Made by a program: the position numbers and the translations under genes. Positions 24,405-37,804 of a DNA stretch of 64,000 nt are shown here, piece after piece. Source of the DNA: Podarcis cretensis (Eukaryota); assembly GCA_951804945.1 (NCBI GenBank), contig OX638149.1, positions 89,218,001-89,282,000 of the forward strand, given 5' to 3'. Numbering within the stretch: position 1 is the stretch's first letter; every line of letters starts with the position of its first letter. A model generated the notes under the pieces. It was not told the DNA's origin. It was given only the letters and a program-made list of their open reading frames with translations, and did no database searches.

Positions 24405-24658
24405 TACAATCGCACCTTGGATTCCAAACACCTTGGTACTCAGATGTTTTGGCTCCCGAACTCTGCAAACCAGGAAGTGAGTGTTCTGGTTTGCAAATAT
24501 TCTTTGGAACCCAAACGTCCAACATGGTTTACATGGCTTCTGATTGGCTGCAGGAGTTTCCTGAAGCCAATCAGAAGTCGCGCTTGGGTTTCTGAATGTT
24601 TTGGAAATCGAACGGACTTCTGGAATGGATTCTGTTTGACTTCCAAGGTACAATTGTA
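24405..24658. mobile_element. Tc1/mariner-type MITE, degenerate
   Basis: TA-flanked TIRs caatcgcaccttgga / tccaaggtacaattg; internal hairpin cttctgattggctgcagga...tcctgaagccaatcagaag. Confidence 0.8.
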
Positions 24659-27621
24659 ATTATGAAGCACAAACAAAATATTAGAAGTATCATTGTGTAA
24701 AATGAGCCCAGACTGTTAAACCTGGCACATCTGGTCTGTTTATGCCGTGGTTACTGTTGTTGTATGCCCAGGCCTTAATCCACAGATGTCTTGAGATTTC
24801 TGTGGTAGCTCAGCTTCTGAGGCCATGGGTGAAAACCTGGTCTTTAACTTCCTCTTGCATGCTCTGTCTTCCTTACTTTTCTAGTCAAGCATGCCTCTGA
24901 ATGACTAACCCTTTGATAACTTGGTGGTGGGTTTTTAAATGTAATTAATTTAGCTTTGAACAGTTCTGCCAATATTTCATCTGGCAGTGCTAACATGGCT
25001 AAGTGCATACCAACAGCAATGGACCAGTGAGCAGCTGGGAAATAGCAAAAATCTCAAAAGTAGCAGACCCAAAATTTTCAGAACATTCTGATTCCAAACT
25101 GGAAGCATCACTGTTGCTTCCAGAAGAGGCTGGCTCTTATTTCAGAACAGAACTGGTACTCCCACTTATTAGCACCCCAGTTATTAATATCTACTATCAG
25201 TTATCATGCATAGATTTTTTAGCAGGACCTTTAAAGCTACATCCACACCAGCCTTCTTTCCAATGCAGAGTGAATTGTGACAGATATGTTTATGGAAAAC
25301 TAAGGTGAATCAATCAGATTCTGAGCAATAACAGCAAGAAGTAGCTTAATATAGGTCCCCAAAGAATAGGTAAAATGGAATCCTCCAAGTTTCAGCTGAG
25401 CCTCATTCATTGATGTTAATATTTAAAGGCCACATCCTCAATGTGCTTGTTTCAAGGGTTAGATGAAGAGTACTTCCAATCTTCACAATGCTGTCTTGGC
25501 TAAATATAATCTGCTTGGGAAGCACCTCACTGTCAGTGCAGGAAGTGTCTTGGGAGACCACTGCCAGGGACATTTTTGTACTTTTAGTTGCATAATACAA
25601 GAGCAATTAACACAATTTAACCATGACTAAATGCCATCCCATTGATTTCATGGGAGCACACAGCTCAATCCCATACATATTCACTCAGAAGTAATTCATA
25701 GTGATTTCAGTAGGATTTACTCCCAAATAAATGTGCATGGGATTATAGCCTTCATCGTGACTGACTCTTGTTTCACATGTACAGACATGCTGTGAGTTGC
25801 ACATTAATTCTGGTTCTGTTGAGCCAGAATAACATTTCAAAAGCCTTCCACAGACTCTATCTTCTACATATTCTAAGAGGGCTGAAGGTATCTCTATACT
25901 GTAGTCAAGCATGTGACTCTATAGCTTTCTCCTACAGAACAGTTACAGATCCACTATGTGAACAGATTTGGTAACAATGCCTGTCATCTTTGCTAGCAAG
26001 CTGAACAAGGCACTTGAGGTGCTATCAGCAAAGCCCACAAGAGCCTGCTGTACAGGCTCTTGAGGATGCAGGTTGAGCACTGAGCTATATGATATTCCAG
26101 ATATGGACTAGCTGCTTTTGGAGTTGCTTGTTTCCCAGTCACTCATTGGTACTGAGCCATTAATCCTAGCCAGCCTAGCTAATCCATGATGAAATATATA
26201 CTCTTGGTAACTGGCTTTCCTTTAATGCTCCTGCCTCCCTCCCTCCCTCCTCCTGCTGTGTCCCTGGCAAGGGTGCCCATCTGAAGCTGTAAATCAGAGG
26301 ATTGCAATGCAAGTAATGGAGAATGTGTTGAATTTTTCCTTAATGGACAATATAGTACTTCATTTGTCTGTGTACGCCCACTGTGCAAGAGAACTTGAGT
26401 TTCAAGTTAGAAAGCCTGAATTGTTTGGAGCTGGCGAAATATGATATCACTCCCTATGATAGCAGTACACTGAAAGAGGAGAAAAACCCACATTGGAGTT
26501 TTTGTGAGACTTGCTGTTTGGAACACATCTCACGTATACATTTACATCCATTGCTGCTTGCTGTATACATATATATATATTAAGTGTATATATGCATGGC
26601 TGTCCTAAATGTTGTTCTCCTTTTTGATTGGGTAGATATAAAATGAGATATATGTGGATGCCTTCATTTAAATGCTTTGTTGATATACAAGTTATACATA
26701 TAGGCATCTACATATATGGTGTATGTTATTTGTGATATACAATGCCATTCGTATGCAATGTTTTGAATCCTTCTTGTCTCATGATCATGATCTTTGCAGA
26801 TGCCATCTCTACCTTGTGGCAAAAACTCTGACATAAGATGACATACATTATCTATTCATTTATTGCTGTTCTTCAAACATCCTGGTAATGGGATGGGGAT
26901 GCTGTGGTCATTTGCTACCAAGGTTCTCTCTATTGGGTTGTTCTCTTGGGCTTGTAAAGAGAAAATGGGAAGTTGCTATGTTTCAGTTTCTGCACTAATC
27001 CTATACTCTCACAAAAAGCCATAAATGGGAAGGATGGTGATGATTTATTGAAGAAAAGAGGGAGATGGAAATGTGGATATGACATCCCTGTAGATATTTT
27101 CTAAGGGATGTTCCACAAAGAAGAAAAGAGGCAGAAAGATCACGGTCCTGTGAAATTATCAGATGCATTCCAGAGACAGTTACCAGTCCTCCAGTCCTGC
27201 TATGTAACATAAGCACCTAATTCCTTGCCAGTGGGACTATGACTGGTTGCTGCTTCATCACAGGCTCAGTACAGCATCTGAATACACATCTGTAGTTATA
27301 TCCTTGCTACTGGTGCGAACTTAATAGGCTAAATGTCAGGCCAAGATTTAAGCTGGAGAAGCTGGGGGCATGATTTTCTTGAAATATGGATCTGACCTGC
27401 TGAAAACATTATCAGTGTGAAGTAAGTTGTCCACAAAAGCTACTTAAAACAACTTCAGCCAACCTTGCTTGCCACACACCTATTAGCTGTAGTCAATGCT
27501 GGGAACATTAATAACTTGAGAGATAACGAATGTCTTTGACTAGTTGTGCTGAGTTTAGTAGTTTGGTGCAAACACAAAGCAAGGTGTTAGAGTTGGCTGT
27601 AGAGTTGCTGTAGCTACAGCA

Positions 27622-27757
27622 CAGGCACAGGCAAACTCGGTCCTCCAGATGTTTTGGGACTACAACTCCCATCATCCCTGACCACTGGTCCTGTTAGCTA
27701 GGGATGATGGGAGTTGTAGTCCCAAAACATCTGGAGGGCCGAGTTTGCCTATGCCTG
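27622..27757. mobile_element. hAT-type MITE, near-perfect 136-bp palindrome
   Basis: Termini caggcacaggcaaactcgg / ccgagtttgcctatgcctg; arms of ~58 nt pair almost perfectly. Imperfect 8-bp TSD ctacagca / ctctagca. Degenerate relatives at ~13945-14045, ~33080-33195, ~47975-48065 and ~62600-62735. Confidence 0.85.
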
Positions 27758-28395
27758 CTCTAGCAGGTGGTCCTGTTTCGGGATAGTGTAGAAGAGTCCT
27801 CTCAGCTACATGCAAACCTTTGAGAGTTAACATTGTTGGAAGAGCTTGCCAAGCTTTCCCCTGAGGAAATCCAGTCTTTGCCACTGAATCAGAGCAAACA
27901 TCAACCAGGTTTTCTCTGGACTGACGTTTCCTCTGATTTTTCACTAAAGAATGGGTTTTCTATGGGAAAGTGGTGAGGCAAGGGGGGAAATGCTCAGACC
28001 CATGCTTTTCTAGGCATGGGACAAGTGCAAGCCTGAATGGAGCCCTAAGTGCCTCAGCCTTCCATTTTATAGATCCACTGCTCCACTTGCCTTAAGAAAT
28101 CACACACTACTGAAGAGAGGGCAATCTTTGTCTCTTCTCAACAGAGAAGCTGTCTGAGACGGGGGGCCTGCTACTGGCAGCTACATTCCTGTGGTTTCAG
28201 CACACCAATCACCCTGAGTATTTCCAACCATACATGTATATAGCTAGGATTCAGTTTCAACCCTGTTTAGCTATAAACTGGTATTTAAAAACAAACCTGG
28301 AAATGCCTGGATTTCTTCTCCTTTACATTTAATCCACCCTTTTATGTTCTGTTTTGTTGATGCATTTCTTTCGCTCTCTGTATTTTTGACAACAG

Positions 28396-28488
28396 TGCGC
28401 TCTCCACCAGGACTGGCTAAAACTCCGCTTTCAGCACTGGGCCTGAAACCTCACAACCCAGCAGAGATCTTGTTGCAGCAAACAGGAG
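28396..28488 (+). CDS. TNS1: Tensin-1 coding exon (93 nt, phase 1-1)
   Basis: Acceptor gacaacag; donor GAG|gtaagt. Encodes (V/L)[30 protein letters not shown], near-identical to human [30 protein letters not shown]. Not in the ORF track. Confidence 0.96.
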
Positions 28489-29562
28489 GTAAGTAAGAGT
28501 AGTATAGTGATGGAGAGACTGGTGCTATGGAGAATAGCAGCATCATTTGATATTATGATAAGTCTTTTGTACAGCCCACTGTCCTGTTGCCAAGATAGAA
28601 GGCCCATGAAGTTTGTATTAAGTAGTTTTAAACATACCCACTGCACACAGACTTTAAAATAGATTTTATCTCTGGAGTATAAGCATATATTTTATTCCTT
28701 CAGTTACACTGCATCAGTTATTTTAGCAAATGGCATTGCTGTTCTCACAATCACTTTCCAAATCTTACCAAGCCCAGACCTTGATATTGCCTTAAGGTGG
28801 TGATTTCCATCAGCCAGCATCATTTTCTGTGCTCTAGAAAAGTGCTTCCTTTCCTCAGTTCTGCTCTTGCCAATTTTGTATTTTTAATGTGCAGCCTTAA
28901 GTTGCTTGTGTAATGAGCCTCCTGTTCATTTTCATTCATCATTTTTAATTATGGATGACAAGGAGAGATAAATCTTATTTACAGAGCTGAGGCAGATTTG
29001 AAAAAAAGTACAAATCTGATTTGAACTTCTTCTTTTTGTCTATCTTGGATTCCAAATGTCGCAGAAGTTGGATTTCAACCATAAGGCTCAAATTTTGGAG
29101 GCACATTCTGCAGTTTGCACTGAGTCTGAAAGTCTGGCTCCAGTTTTTCTGTACAAATTCAATCAAGTGTGAATCTTCTATGGCCCTTATCCAACTCAAA
29201 TAATCTGCAACTAATTGCATGTAATAACTAGTGGTGTCTGGATAGGGAACCACATCCCTATATGCTTCAAAAGACACAAACAGATCATTCACTGTAGCTC
29301 AAATAAGTATTTCATTGGGGATACAGATGAAGAGACAAATGCAGTCTTCCATATGTAACTCTTCCTTGCAGATTTGAGGCACATATATTTAATTTTAAAA
29401 GGAATGGCATCTCTCAAATTTCCATATCTGGGATTTACACTTACATGCAGATTATAAATTGTAGGATTATTCAGTGTGACTCTGCATATAATATTCAGTG
29501 TTGTTACAGTCTTTTAAATTACACAGATTTTGAGTGCTTGTTGCAGTAACTGAAATATGCTG

Positions 29563-29701
29563 GATTCAGGTAGGTAGTCATGTTGGTCTGATGCAGTCAA
29601 AATTAAAAAATATAAAATTAAAAAAAATGTCCAGTAGCACCTTAGCGTTGGTCTCTTAGTTGGTCTCTAAGGTGCTACTGGACATTTTTTAAAATTTATT
29701 T
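29563..29701. mobile_element. Palindromic Penelope-like element remnant
   Basis: 24-bp perfect inverted repeat aaaaaatgtccagtagcaccttag (29622-29645) / ctaaggtgctactggacatttttt (29667-29690). Flanked by 12-bp direct repeat TGAAATATGCTG (29551-29562, 29702-29713). Family assignment is from recall of squamate PLE termini. Confidence 0.65.
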
Positions 29702-30814
29702 TGAAATATGCTGCTGAGTTTAAATTTCTCCAGTGGAATATATGTCATCCCACTCTTTAACATAAAATGTTAAGGCCCCAGAATGCTTCTACATTTTCAA
29801 AATTGAGTAAGTTTTACACTTGCCAGTGGCTGGATAGAGGAGCTGCCTGCTGGGGTGGGGCAGCCATGTAAACTGAACTGGGATTCCTGAAGGGTAAGAA
29901 TAATAAACATATTATGACAAACTGTCACAGGAATGATAGTGATTGCAATCAAGAAGCAAACTAGGAGATGTGAGATAAAATCCCACAGCAGAAGGGAAGG
30001 GAGTGAGCCCCAATAATGACAGTTTACAGTCTAAACCGAATATTCAGGTGCAGAGTCAATATTTGCAGAGGTTTACATAAGCATGTGAGCTGCCTGCTAC
30101 AGATTTTTTCACAAGCATGAACTTGCTAACCTGGCTCAAGCTGAAGCTGATTAGGAAAAGTAGAAACTGAGTCCTAAGCAAGCCTGAAATGCATTTTTTC
30201 AAGATTATCCATCCATCAGTATAATCAGCCACTTTATGGACAGTACTTCATGCCGTAGAAGGCTATTGAACATATCAGTCCTTTTAAGAACAACAACTGC
30301 AGAGTAAGAGGCTTGTAGTTAATACTAGAGACCACGATCAGTGTATTGCATAATGGGAAGCTATCAGGCTTTGCACATGTCCAGTTTGAGGAGGCATTCA
30401 TTGGAGCAGATTGGACAGTTGTTTTCGTGAATGTTGCATCTCAGAGCTTGCATGGGGTGGAGGTGGGGACTCTAGGCTAGAAGCCTTCCGTTTGACTCAT
30501 AAATGTTCCATGTGTAGAGAGATCCTTGGCATCGGAACGTTTTTAAACAAGTGCTCTCCCCCATGAGGTGATATTGTTGCTCCCCCCCCAGTCAGGATTC
30601 ACTCACATGCCCATAAATTCAGGATGTGCTATTATAGTTAATTAGGAGGTCTTGCACAATATACTCACTTCTCCAAAAGATTGGGCTGTATGTGATAAAG
30701 AAACTGGAATGTGTGGAATAACACTTGGTGTCATCTCACTTCCACCTCTCCTTGTATGTATTCTCTGTGATTTAAGCAACAGGGTCTCTTGCTCTAGCAA
30801 GATCTTAATAATAA

Positions 30815-31045
30815 CCTGCTGGATCAAATCAATGGCTCATCTAGTCCAGCATCCTGTTCTCATAGTGGCCAACCAGATACGTGCTTGGAAACCACGGAGC
30901 AGAACGTGAGCACAAGAGCACTATCCCCGCCCATGGTTTCCAAGAGCTGGTATTCTGAAGCGTTACTGCCTCCAGCTGGGAAGGTTGGATTGCCTTCTCA
31001 TTGATAGCCTTCTCCATGAATTTGACTAATCCTCTTTCAAAGCCA
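30815..31045 (-). mobile_element. CR1-type 3' fragment
   Basis: ctgctggatca...catctagtccagcatcctgttctcatagtggccaaccagat. Similar decayed fragments at ~9415-9510 (-) and ~13535-13740 (+). Confidence 0.6.
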
Positions 31046-31414
31046 AATCTTGTGTGGTTATGCTTGTTGGTTTCCCAAATGTCTCTAAACATTTATTGCT
31101 TTTATCTGCAGAATATGAACACCTGGTTGAAAGGGGGTATAGTGTAAAAATCTAGAAATGTGCCATCTTAGAGACTAAATAGGCTCTTTCTTTTCATTTT
31201 CTTCTGACTCCCGGGCTAAGTGCTAGGTCTCTGAGTTGGTTGAAGAGTGTTACAAAGTTCCTTTTTAAAAAGGCCAGTTCCTAATAATGTTTTTCAGGCA
31301 TTCGGGAACCTTAAACGTAGATTTGTGGTGTTTATGGTGGTTCACATTGGTCATGATTTAGACCAGAAACAACCTCTTCTGATATTCACAGTTGCTTAAC
31401 ATAAGAAATCCTGC

Positions 31415-31417
<3 letters not shown>

Positions 31418-31452
<35 letters not shown>
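31418..31452 (+). repeat. (CT)n microsatellite within the microexon's pyrimidine tract
   Basis: Directly visible. Confidence 0.95.
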
Positions 31453-31455
<3 letters not shown>

Positions 31456-31545
31456 TATGTCTCCTCCTTCTCTCCATTTTCATTACCATGCCATTGTCCA
31501 TCTTTTGCTTCCCAAACACTTATTTCTTTCATGCTTGCCCCTCAG

Positions 31546-31581
31546 AACTAGATGGGGAGACAGTAGTTGAATCTGATGAAG
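31546..31581 (+). CDS. TNS1: Tensin-1 36-nt microexon (phase 1-1)
   Basis: ctaat branch-like motif, (CT)n and a long pyrimidine tract ending cccctcag; donor AAG|gtaagg. Encodes the acidic peptide (E)LDGETVVESDE(E) at the position where other tensin-1 proteins carry a short acidic insert before EPRSYVESV. Confidence 0.85.
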
Positions 31582-34500
31582 GTAAGGAGGGAATTGCTTT
31601 CATTTTATATGAACTATTTGGCAAACAACAATATGCCAGCAGGCCACTGTTAGTCCCAGTGGCCACAAGGAAGCTGCTGGGCTTGTGTGTAGTCAGAAGA
31701 GTTGAAGACCAAAACATTTCCCTCGCAGAATTTTGCTTCACCACAGATTGCCCAAGAGCTGCTGTACATGGAAATTGCAAATAAATGAGATCAAAGACAT
31801 TAGCAAGGAGTTGATTACTTTTCTAATAATAATAGCTCCAGCTTCCTTGATACAAGTGTGTTAATACAAAGACATTTCTCCTTTAGAATATCTTGAAAAA
31901 AAAGCAGATTTCCTGAGCCACTTCTGCCAAACTATTTATAAGTGTCATTATTTTGTCATTTACTGGTGGTAGAGGTGGCATTTTTGGAGATTACATCAAT
32001 CTTGGTGAATTAAGATTCTGAGTATCATTTCTGAATATCATGTGAGAGGAGCAGTGCATTCCTATGCAAGTATACATAGACGTAATCCCTGTTGAGTTCA
32101 AGGGGACATCTTTCCAAGTAACTGCATAGGACTGCAGCTGGATGCCTGATAGAAACGTTATCTGTCCAGCATGGGAACAAAATCCAGATAAATAAAGTCT
32201 CAGGCTAATCTGTGGGCATATGAAAACAGGAACCTTGAGGCATAGACACAATTACATGGTTGCTCTTCATGCTACTATCACCTGGCAGGTGGTACTAGGC
32301 ATTTTCAGGTTGACATGGGACCAGAGGTATACATTTGCCACAAAGGTAAAGTCTGAATTTTGCAATGGCATTTTGCTCCTTCTAGTCATACTTACATACT
32401 ACATTACTTGGTGCCACAGAGGATCCCTTTCCTACTCTCCTTTCTTCCCTTTCTCCTTCTTTCCTTCTGATACAGAAGTGACTGGGCTGATGCTGGAATA
32501 ATATTTAGTGCTCTTCATTTGTCTGTTTGTTAAATTTTGCACCTCACCATATCCCAGAGTTGGGTTTGAACCTCAAAATAACTTTTTGAAGGTATGAGAA
32601 GGTATGAGCTTCAGGTGTATGTCACATCCTTGCAGGCAGCATTTTTTAGGCAGCATTTTGTTGAATCACAAGCAAATTAGTGATCTCGTTTCCTTTCTGC
32701 CTAATCCCTATTTGTAGCAACAGCAGCTACTAGCAACAACAATCTATTGCTGCAAAGTGAGAACTAAAGTATTCATGAAACTGAATCCCTGAGATTTTAA
32801 GCACCATATGAAGCTGTAAATTCTGCAGTCTCAGCAGAAAACACATGTAAGGTGTGGGGGAGAGTGGTTTTTCTTAACCCTTTGATCTCCGATAGTTATA
32901 TGTTGAAAATTTTCCCCACCTGCTTTCCAAAAGTCATGAGTAAACTGGAAATGGTTAAACTGAAAGGCCCCCTTCTTTAATATGAGTCTTCTGCAGCCCC
33001 ATTTTGTAGAAATAAATTAAAACAGGAATGTAAGCACTGTACCACAACTCAACTTTGTGTGCCGTTTGCCCCTAAAGTAGGACTGGAGAATATGTAACCC
33101 CCAGATGTTGTTGGACTCCAACTCCCACCATCCCTGACCCACTGGCCACACTGACTGGGGTTGATGGGAGCTGGAGTCCAGCAACATCTGGATGTTCCTC
33201 ATCTCTACCCCCAGATACTTGTCTCCTGCTACCCCAATAAGCATTTAGGCACTGCTCCATAACTGTGCAGAGGTCCTGCATTCCCAGTACTTCCCAAAAT
33301 ATGTGCTACTACTGACCTTTAGGGAGTGAAAATAAGCAGAAAGCCAAGGAAAGGGTTCACAAGTTTAAAATGCTGCTTGGGACAGAACCCAGCTGGTGTG
33401 AACCATAGCCTTTTGGAGGGCTGCTACATGTTTAGATATCTCAAACAAACCCAATTGGAATCCAAAACATTATCTGAACAGGATGTACAGCTTTTTCTAG
33501 GTAGAATAGAGATGAAACTTGAGCAAGATGTTTATAGGGACTACCAGTCCTTGCTGGTTAGGCAATATTCAGTTTGCACTGCTGGTCAGTGCAAGCTCAT
33601 CCCCATCCCCACCCCTAGTAGTCTCTGTAGTATCACCTCACCTTTGGAATTGTTTGTTATGTGTAGTTTTGCACAGTTCAGATTGCGTTTGGGAGGGCTG
33701 CTGTTACTTCCCCAGTACACTCTTCTTGTTAGTCTAATCTGTTAGTCTAAAAGCACACAGCCTAAGATCACACTTTTCAGTTTATGCATTAAACCAGTTT
33801 CAGATTTTTTTTAAATACCCTCTACTTATATTGAGGCAATTATTATTTTAATATACAGTTTATTGAAGATTTTGTTTTCCCCCCATATGCATCATACAAA
33901 CAAGGAATGCATCCCTCGATAAAACCAACCTGTGCTTTGAGAACTGCTGCAATGGTGGTGGGTGATGGGTGGGTGGGCGCTCTGCTCATGGTGCTACCAG
34001 TTGATGAGATCTTTGGTGCAGCTATCATTAGCAGGGATTTCTTGGTAATGGCTCCCATACATTAAATAATGTATGTTAAGTCTGCATAGAGTCGTCATGT
34101 TCTTTAATCTACCACTGCTTCTTTTGGTTCTTAGACTCTTGTAACATAGTGCTAGCAAGATGTGGGGGGGGGGGATCTGGAAATATGGGCTATAGGAGAT
34201 TGTAACTTGTGACGTCAAAATGGTTGTTTCATGTCCCCCAGCCTCATAGGAGTGTCTCTTGAGACTCTCCCTGTTTATTTCCTACAGCAGAACGAAATGT
34301 TTTCTTGCTTCACATAAATACAGAGAGGATATTATTAGATTTTGTTTGATATGGCACAGGACTTGGAACTTTACCAAGTGATTCTTGCATGTCATACAAG
34401 AGTTCCATTCTCTCCTAGGTTTAGCATTTACAAATGGTTTGTTAATGCTAATTTTTCAATATCACTCAGATAATTTGCACACAGCTGGGCTTGAGAATTT

Positions 34501-35429
34501 AGCATATGCGCAGGCTTTTATGAAGTGTGAGCAAGACTATAGCAACAGAGAGGGATGCATTATACAGCAGAAGGAAAAAATATTCACAAAGGGAGACAAA
34601 GACATGAGATACAACAATTTTACAGTCCTTTATTCCTGGTTTGGGGGGAAGAGATCCCCCACAATTTAACAGAAATTCTTGGCTTTTTCAGGGAGCTTCC
34701 CATTAGCCTTCTGCAAGTTAACTTGTGGATACAGAGCCATGCCATTTTTAGTTAGGGAGGAGTGCATGAAGTGTGTTATCTATAACAGATGAAATCACTT
34801 TAAGTAGCAAAACAGCCTATTATATGTTTTGCAAGTCTTTTGAGGCTGCAGTTCAGCCCAGTACCAAGACAGCCAAATGTCCATGGCCTCTCTTGGTTCG
34901 GTCAAGATTGTTGTTCTGGGCTTTTGCCTTGTGGAATGTTCAGTATGAAGAGGGCAGACCAGCCTTCTTTATCATCATTCCATTCCATTCTTTCCTGCCT
35001 TGGTGGGCTTGGTTAACTGGCAAACACTCCTTTGGACACAACAGATAGGGCTTCGCCACCGGATTTGTCTGGCCAGTTTAGAAATCCAACTTCCATCTTC
35101 ATAAAACCTGGCCCATGTTTATCTGTTTTCCAGATTAGAAGGGTTAAAAGTAATCTCAAAGTCCTGTTTACATACATTTTACTCCACCAATTACAAGGCT
35201 CAGAAGAAGATTGCCTAATTAATTACCTTGTATACCTTGCCCAACTGTGGAGCGGCTGCAACTTTGTTCCTAGTTTCCCCTCTGGTGTATCTTGGGACAT
35301 ATTTCATGCATTAAGGTGTTTGACAACCTGTTGGAAGGAAAGTGAATGTTTTGACAGGAAAGGGTAGAACCAGCATTTCTATTCCCTGAGGCTACATGGA
35401 TTTGAAAGTGAAGGTGATAATATAGCCTT

Positions 35430-35520
35430 TTAAACCGGGGGTGGCGGGGGTATTGTTTGCTGCTATCGTATATAGTTTGTGTTTTTATATTGTAAACCTT
35501 CCTGTGATCCTCCGTTGAAG

Positions 35521-35560
<40 letters not shown>
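35430..35560 (+). mobile_element. LINE (L2-like) 3' tip with (TAA)n tail
   Basis: tgtaaaccttcctgtgatcctccgttgaaggg followed by ~12 TAA units; agcctttt occurs on both flanks. Confidence 0.5.
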
Positions 35561-36897
35561 GGAGCCTTTTTATTACACATTCATAATGATCTGTGTTCAT
35601 GATGCTATTGGGGGCAGTCACACACAATCATGCTTTCAACTTGTTAAAACCTGCCATGCGATCTGCTGGTGAAAGGCAGGTAATAATACTATTTGCAACT
35701 GCAAAATTTTGGAGTGATCGCAGTTTCATTTCTAATCAGTGCACATCCTGCAACTTGCTGCTGAAATCTCTTAACATTTTATGCCACAAATGTTCTGGTT
35801 GGTTTTTGTCCGTCTTTTGTTGCACTATAGCTCCTCCAGACAGCAATAATGTGTTGACATTGGGGAAGTATTGCAGAAGAAACTAAAGCAGAATAAAACC
35901 ACCAACATACTGCAGAATGCACCTACAATAAAACACCAATCTGGAGGGGGCCCTCTCACCAGTTTTAGCCTCACACAAGAAGAGAGGAATGTTGTTACTA
36001 AAGGATATGGAACTCAGTTGTTGTGTGTAAAGAAGCTGATGGAACCCAGTGTTCAGCATTAAGAAGAAAGAGCAGATTGAAGTAGATGCCCATTCACAAA
36101 TGCTATATATATAGGTCATTGTGGGTAGGACAAGAGGAAATGCTTCTAAATTGTATAGTAAGAGGCTGTAATTAAAAATCCAGGATGATTTCCACCCTAT
36201 CCCTCATTATGTAAGTTCCCAGAGGAAGTTGCCCTACATGGTTTACATCTAAGAAGGTGGTGGTGGATGAGGAAGGAGAAAAGCTGAAGTCTGTCAGAGA
36301 TTATTGATATTTACTTAAGACCAAGTGTACGCAGTGACATTCTTTTGTATGCAGTACATCCTAACCAGCTATTGTGTGCAATATTGTAATGACATGGAAG
36401 ATGTGCCCACAGGTCAGCCACAGCAACTCTACATGTCGGTGATTTTGGAGGTTCTGTACTTTTATCAAGCCTCTATACTAACACAGATCCTGCAGTTCTA
36501 TCTCAGCATGGTTCAGGTCATCTGTTATATTCTCTCAACAATAGCATTGTGCACAGGGGAGTTTGGCCATGTGAATCCAGCCCTTGCATTGTAAGATCAT
36601 GAAGCAGAAGGCCCCAATGGCCCTTCCATTCTCTGGTTTTCAGGAGGGGGAGAAATTACTCTGATTTGCTCTAGGGACCAAGATGGTGCGTAACTTTGAT
36701 TTTAGTAATTTGGACTGCTACTAGCATGATGTATGTGTTTTATGAGCTTAGTTGTAACCTGCTTTGAGTTTATCTTACAATACAAAACAATGTATACATA
36801 TTCAAAATAAATTATGCTAATTGGAAATATTGGTTGTAAAAGCCCCACACCTTGAGGCACCTCAGTCATCATCTTCTCTCTTTCCACCTCATTTCAG

Positions 36898-37093
36898 AGC
36901 CCCGGAGCTATGTGGAATCTGTGGCCCGTACAGCAGCAAGTGGTGGCAGCGGCAGTTCTGTTGGGAAGCCCCAGGCACCCCTGGCTCCGCAGGCCTATAA
37001 CACTGAGACACCAGTGAGGAATGGATCTTTCCCCAACTCCTTCGTTTCACCAAGCCCTGTCGCTGCCAGCAGTCCAATGCACAGCATGGATGG
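36898..37093 (+). CDS. TNS1: Tensin-1 coding exon (196 nt, phase 1-2)
   Basis: Acceptor atttcag; donor TGG|gtaagg. Encodes EPRSYVESVARTAASGG...YNTETPVRNGSFPNSFVSPSPVAASSPMHSMDG. Confidence 0.96.
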
Positions 37094-37391
37094 GTAAGGA
37101 AAGACAGCTGTAGTTTACCATTCTCAACAGGCTGATGATGGCAGATGCTGCTGAACTATGCAGGACTTCACTGTGACAGCTAGCAATAGGACTGCAGCCC
37201 TTTTGCTTACATATATAGACTCTTTGATGCATGATCTTGGGAGGCTGCTTTCCCCAAATAGAAGACACAGGGCCATTCCAGCTCATACTTTTGGTGTCAA
37301 CTGATCAGGAAAGCATTTGTGCTGCAGGGAGATTTCATGTTCACTCATTATAGGTTCTTCTACCCTTTCTTGTATCACTCATGGATTTGAG

Positions 37392-37804
37392 CAGGGATGG
37401 GCAATCTTTTTTCCTATTGAGGGCCAGATTACCTCAAGAGTGATCTGTTGAGGGCCACATGCTAGTGGCCAGAGTTTATATTGGGCCCAGAGGCAGAGGT
37501 ATACTGTAATAAAGAAACTCCCCCACTTCAGTTTTCTCCATCATAGGGGATAGGCACTTTATGATGGTTCTTCCACTTCCTTAAGTCACATCACTGGACT
37601 TATCACATGGTTGTTCACCATGATAATTGCTTCTTGCCACCTCAGGCAGAATAGAGCCAGGCTGGGAGGAGATAAGAGGCTATGATCTTTGTTGGCAAAA
37701 TACAAGAAGCCTGAATGTATGAAAGTGCCTTTAAAAGGCCCCCTCCCCGTGGTTATCCATGAGGGAATGTGGCTCTTGACTTGAAAAAGGTTTCCCACCC
37801 CCAG
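37392..37804. mobile_element. hAT-like MITE, degenerate
   Basis: Termini cagggatgggcaatctttt / aaaaggtttcccacccccag, with subterminal gagggccagattacct / gagggaatgtggctct. Confidence 0.55.

Noticed and set aside
31112-31136. AG...GT-bounded 25-nt segment as a second microexon
   Set aside because: Not a multiple of 3, so it would frameshift; weak donor.
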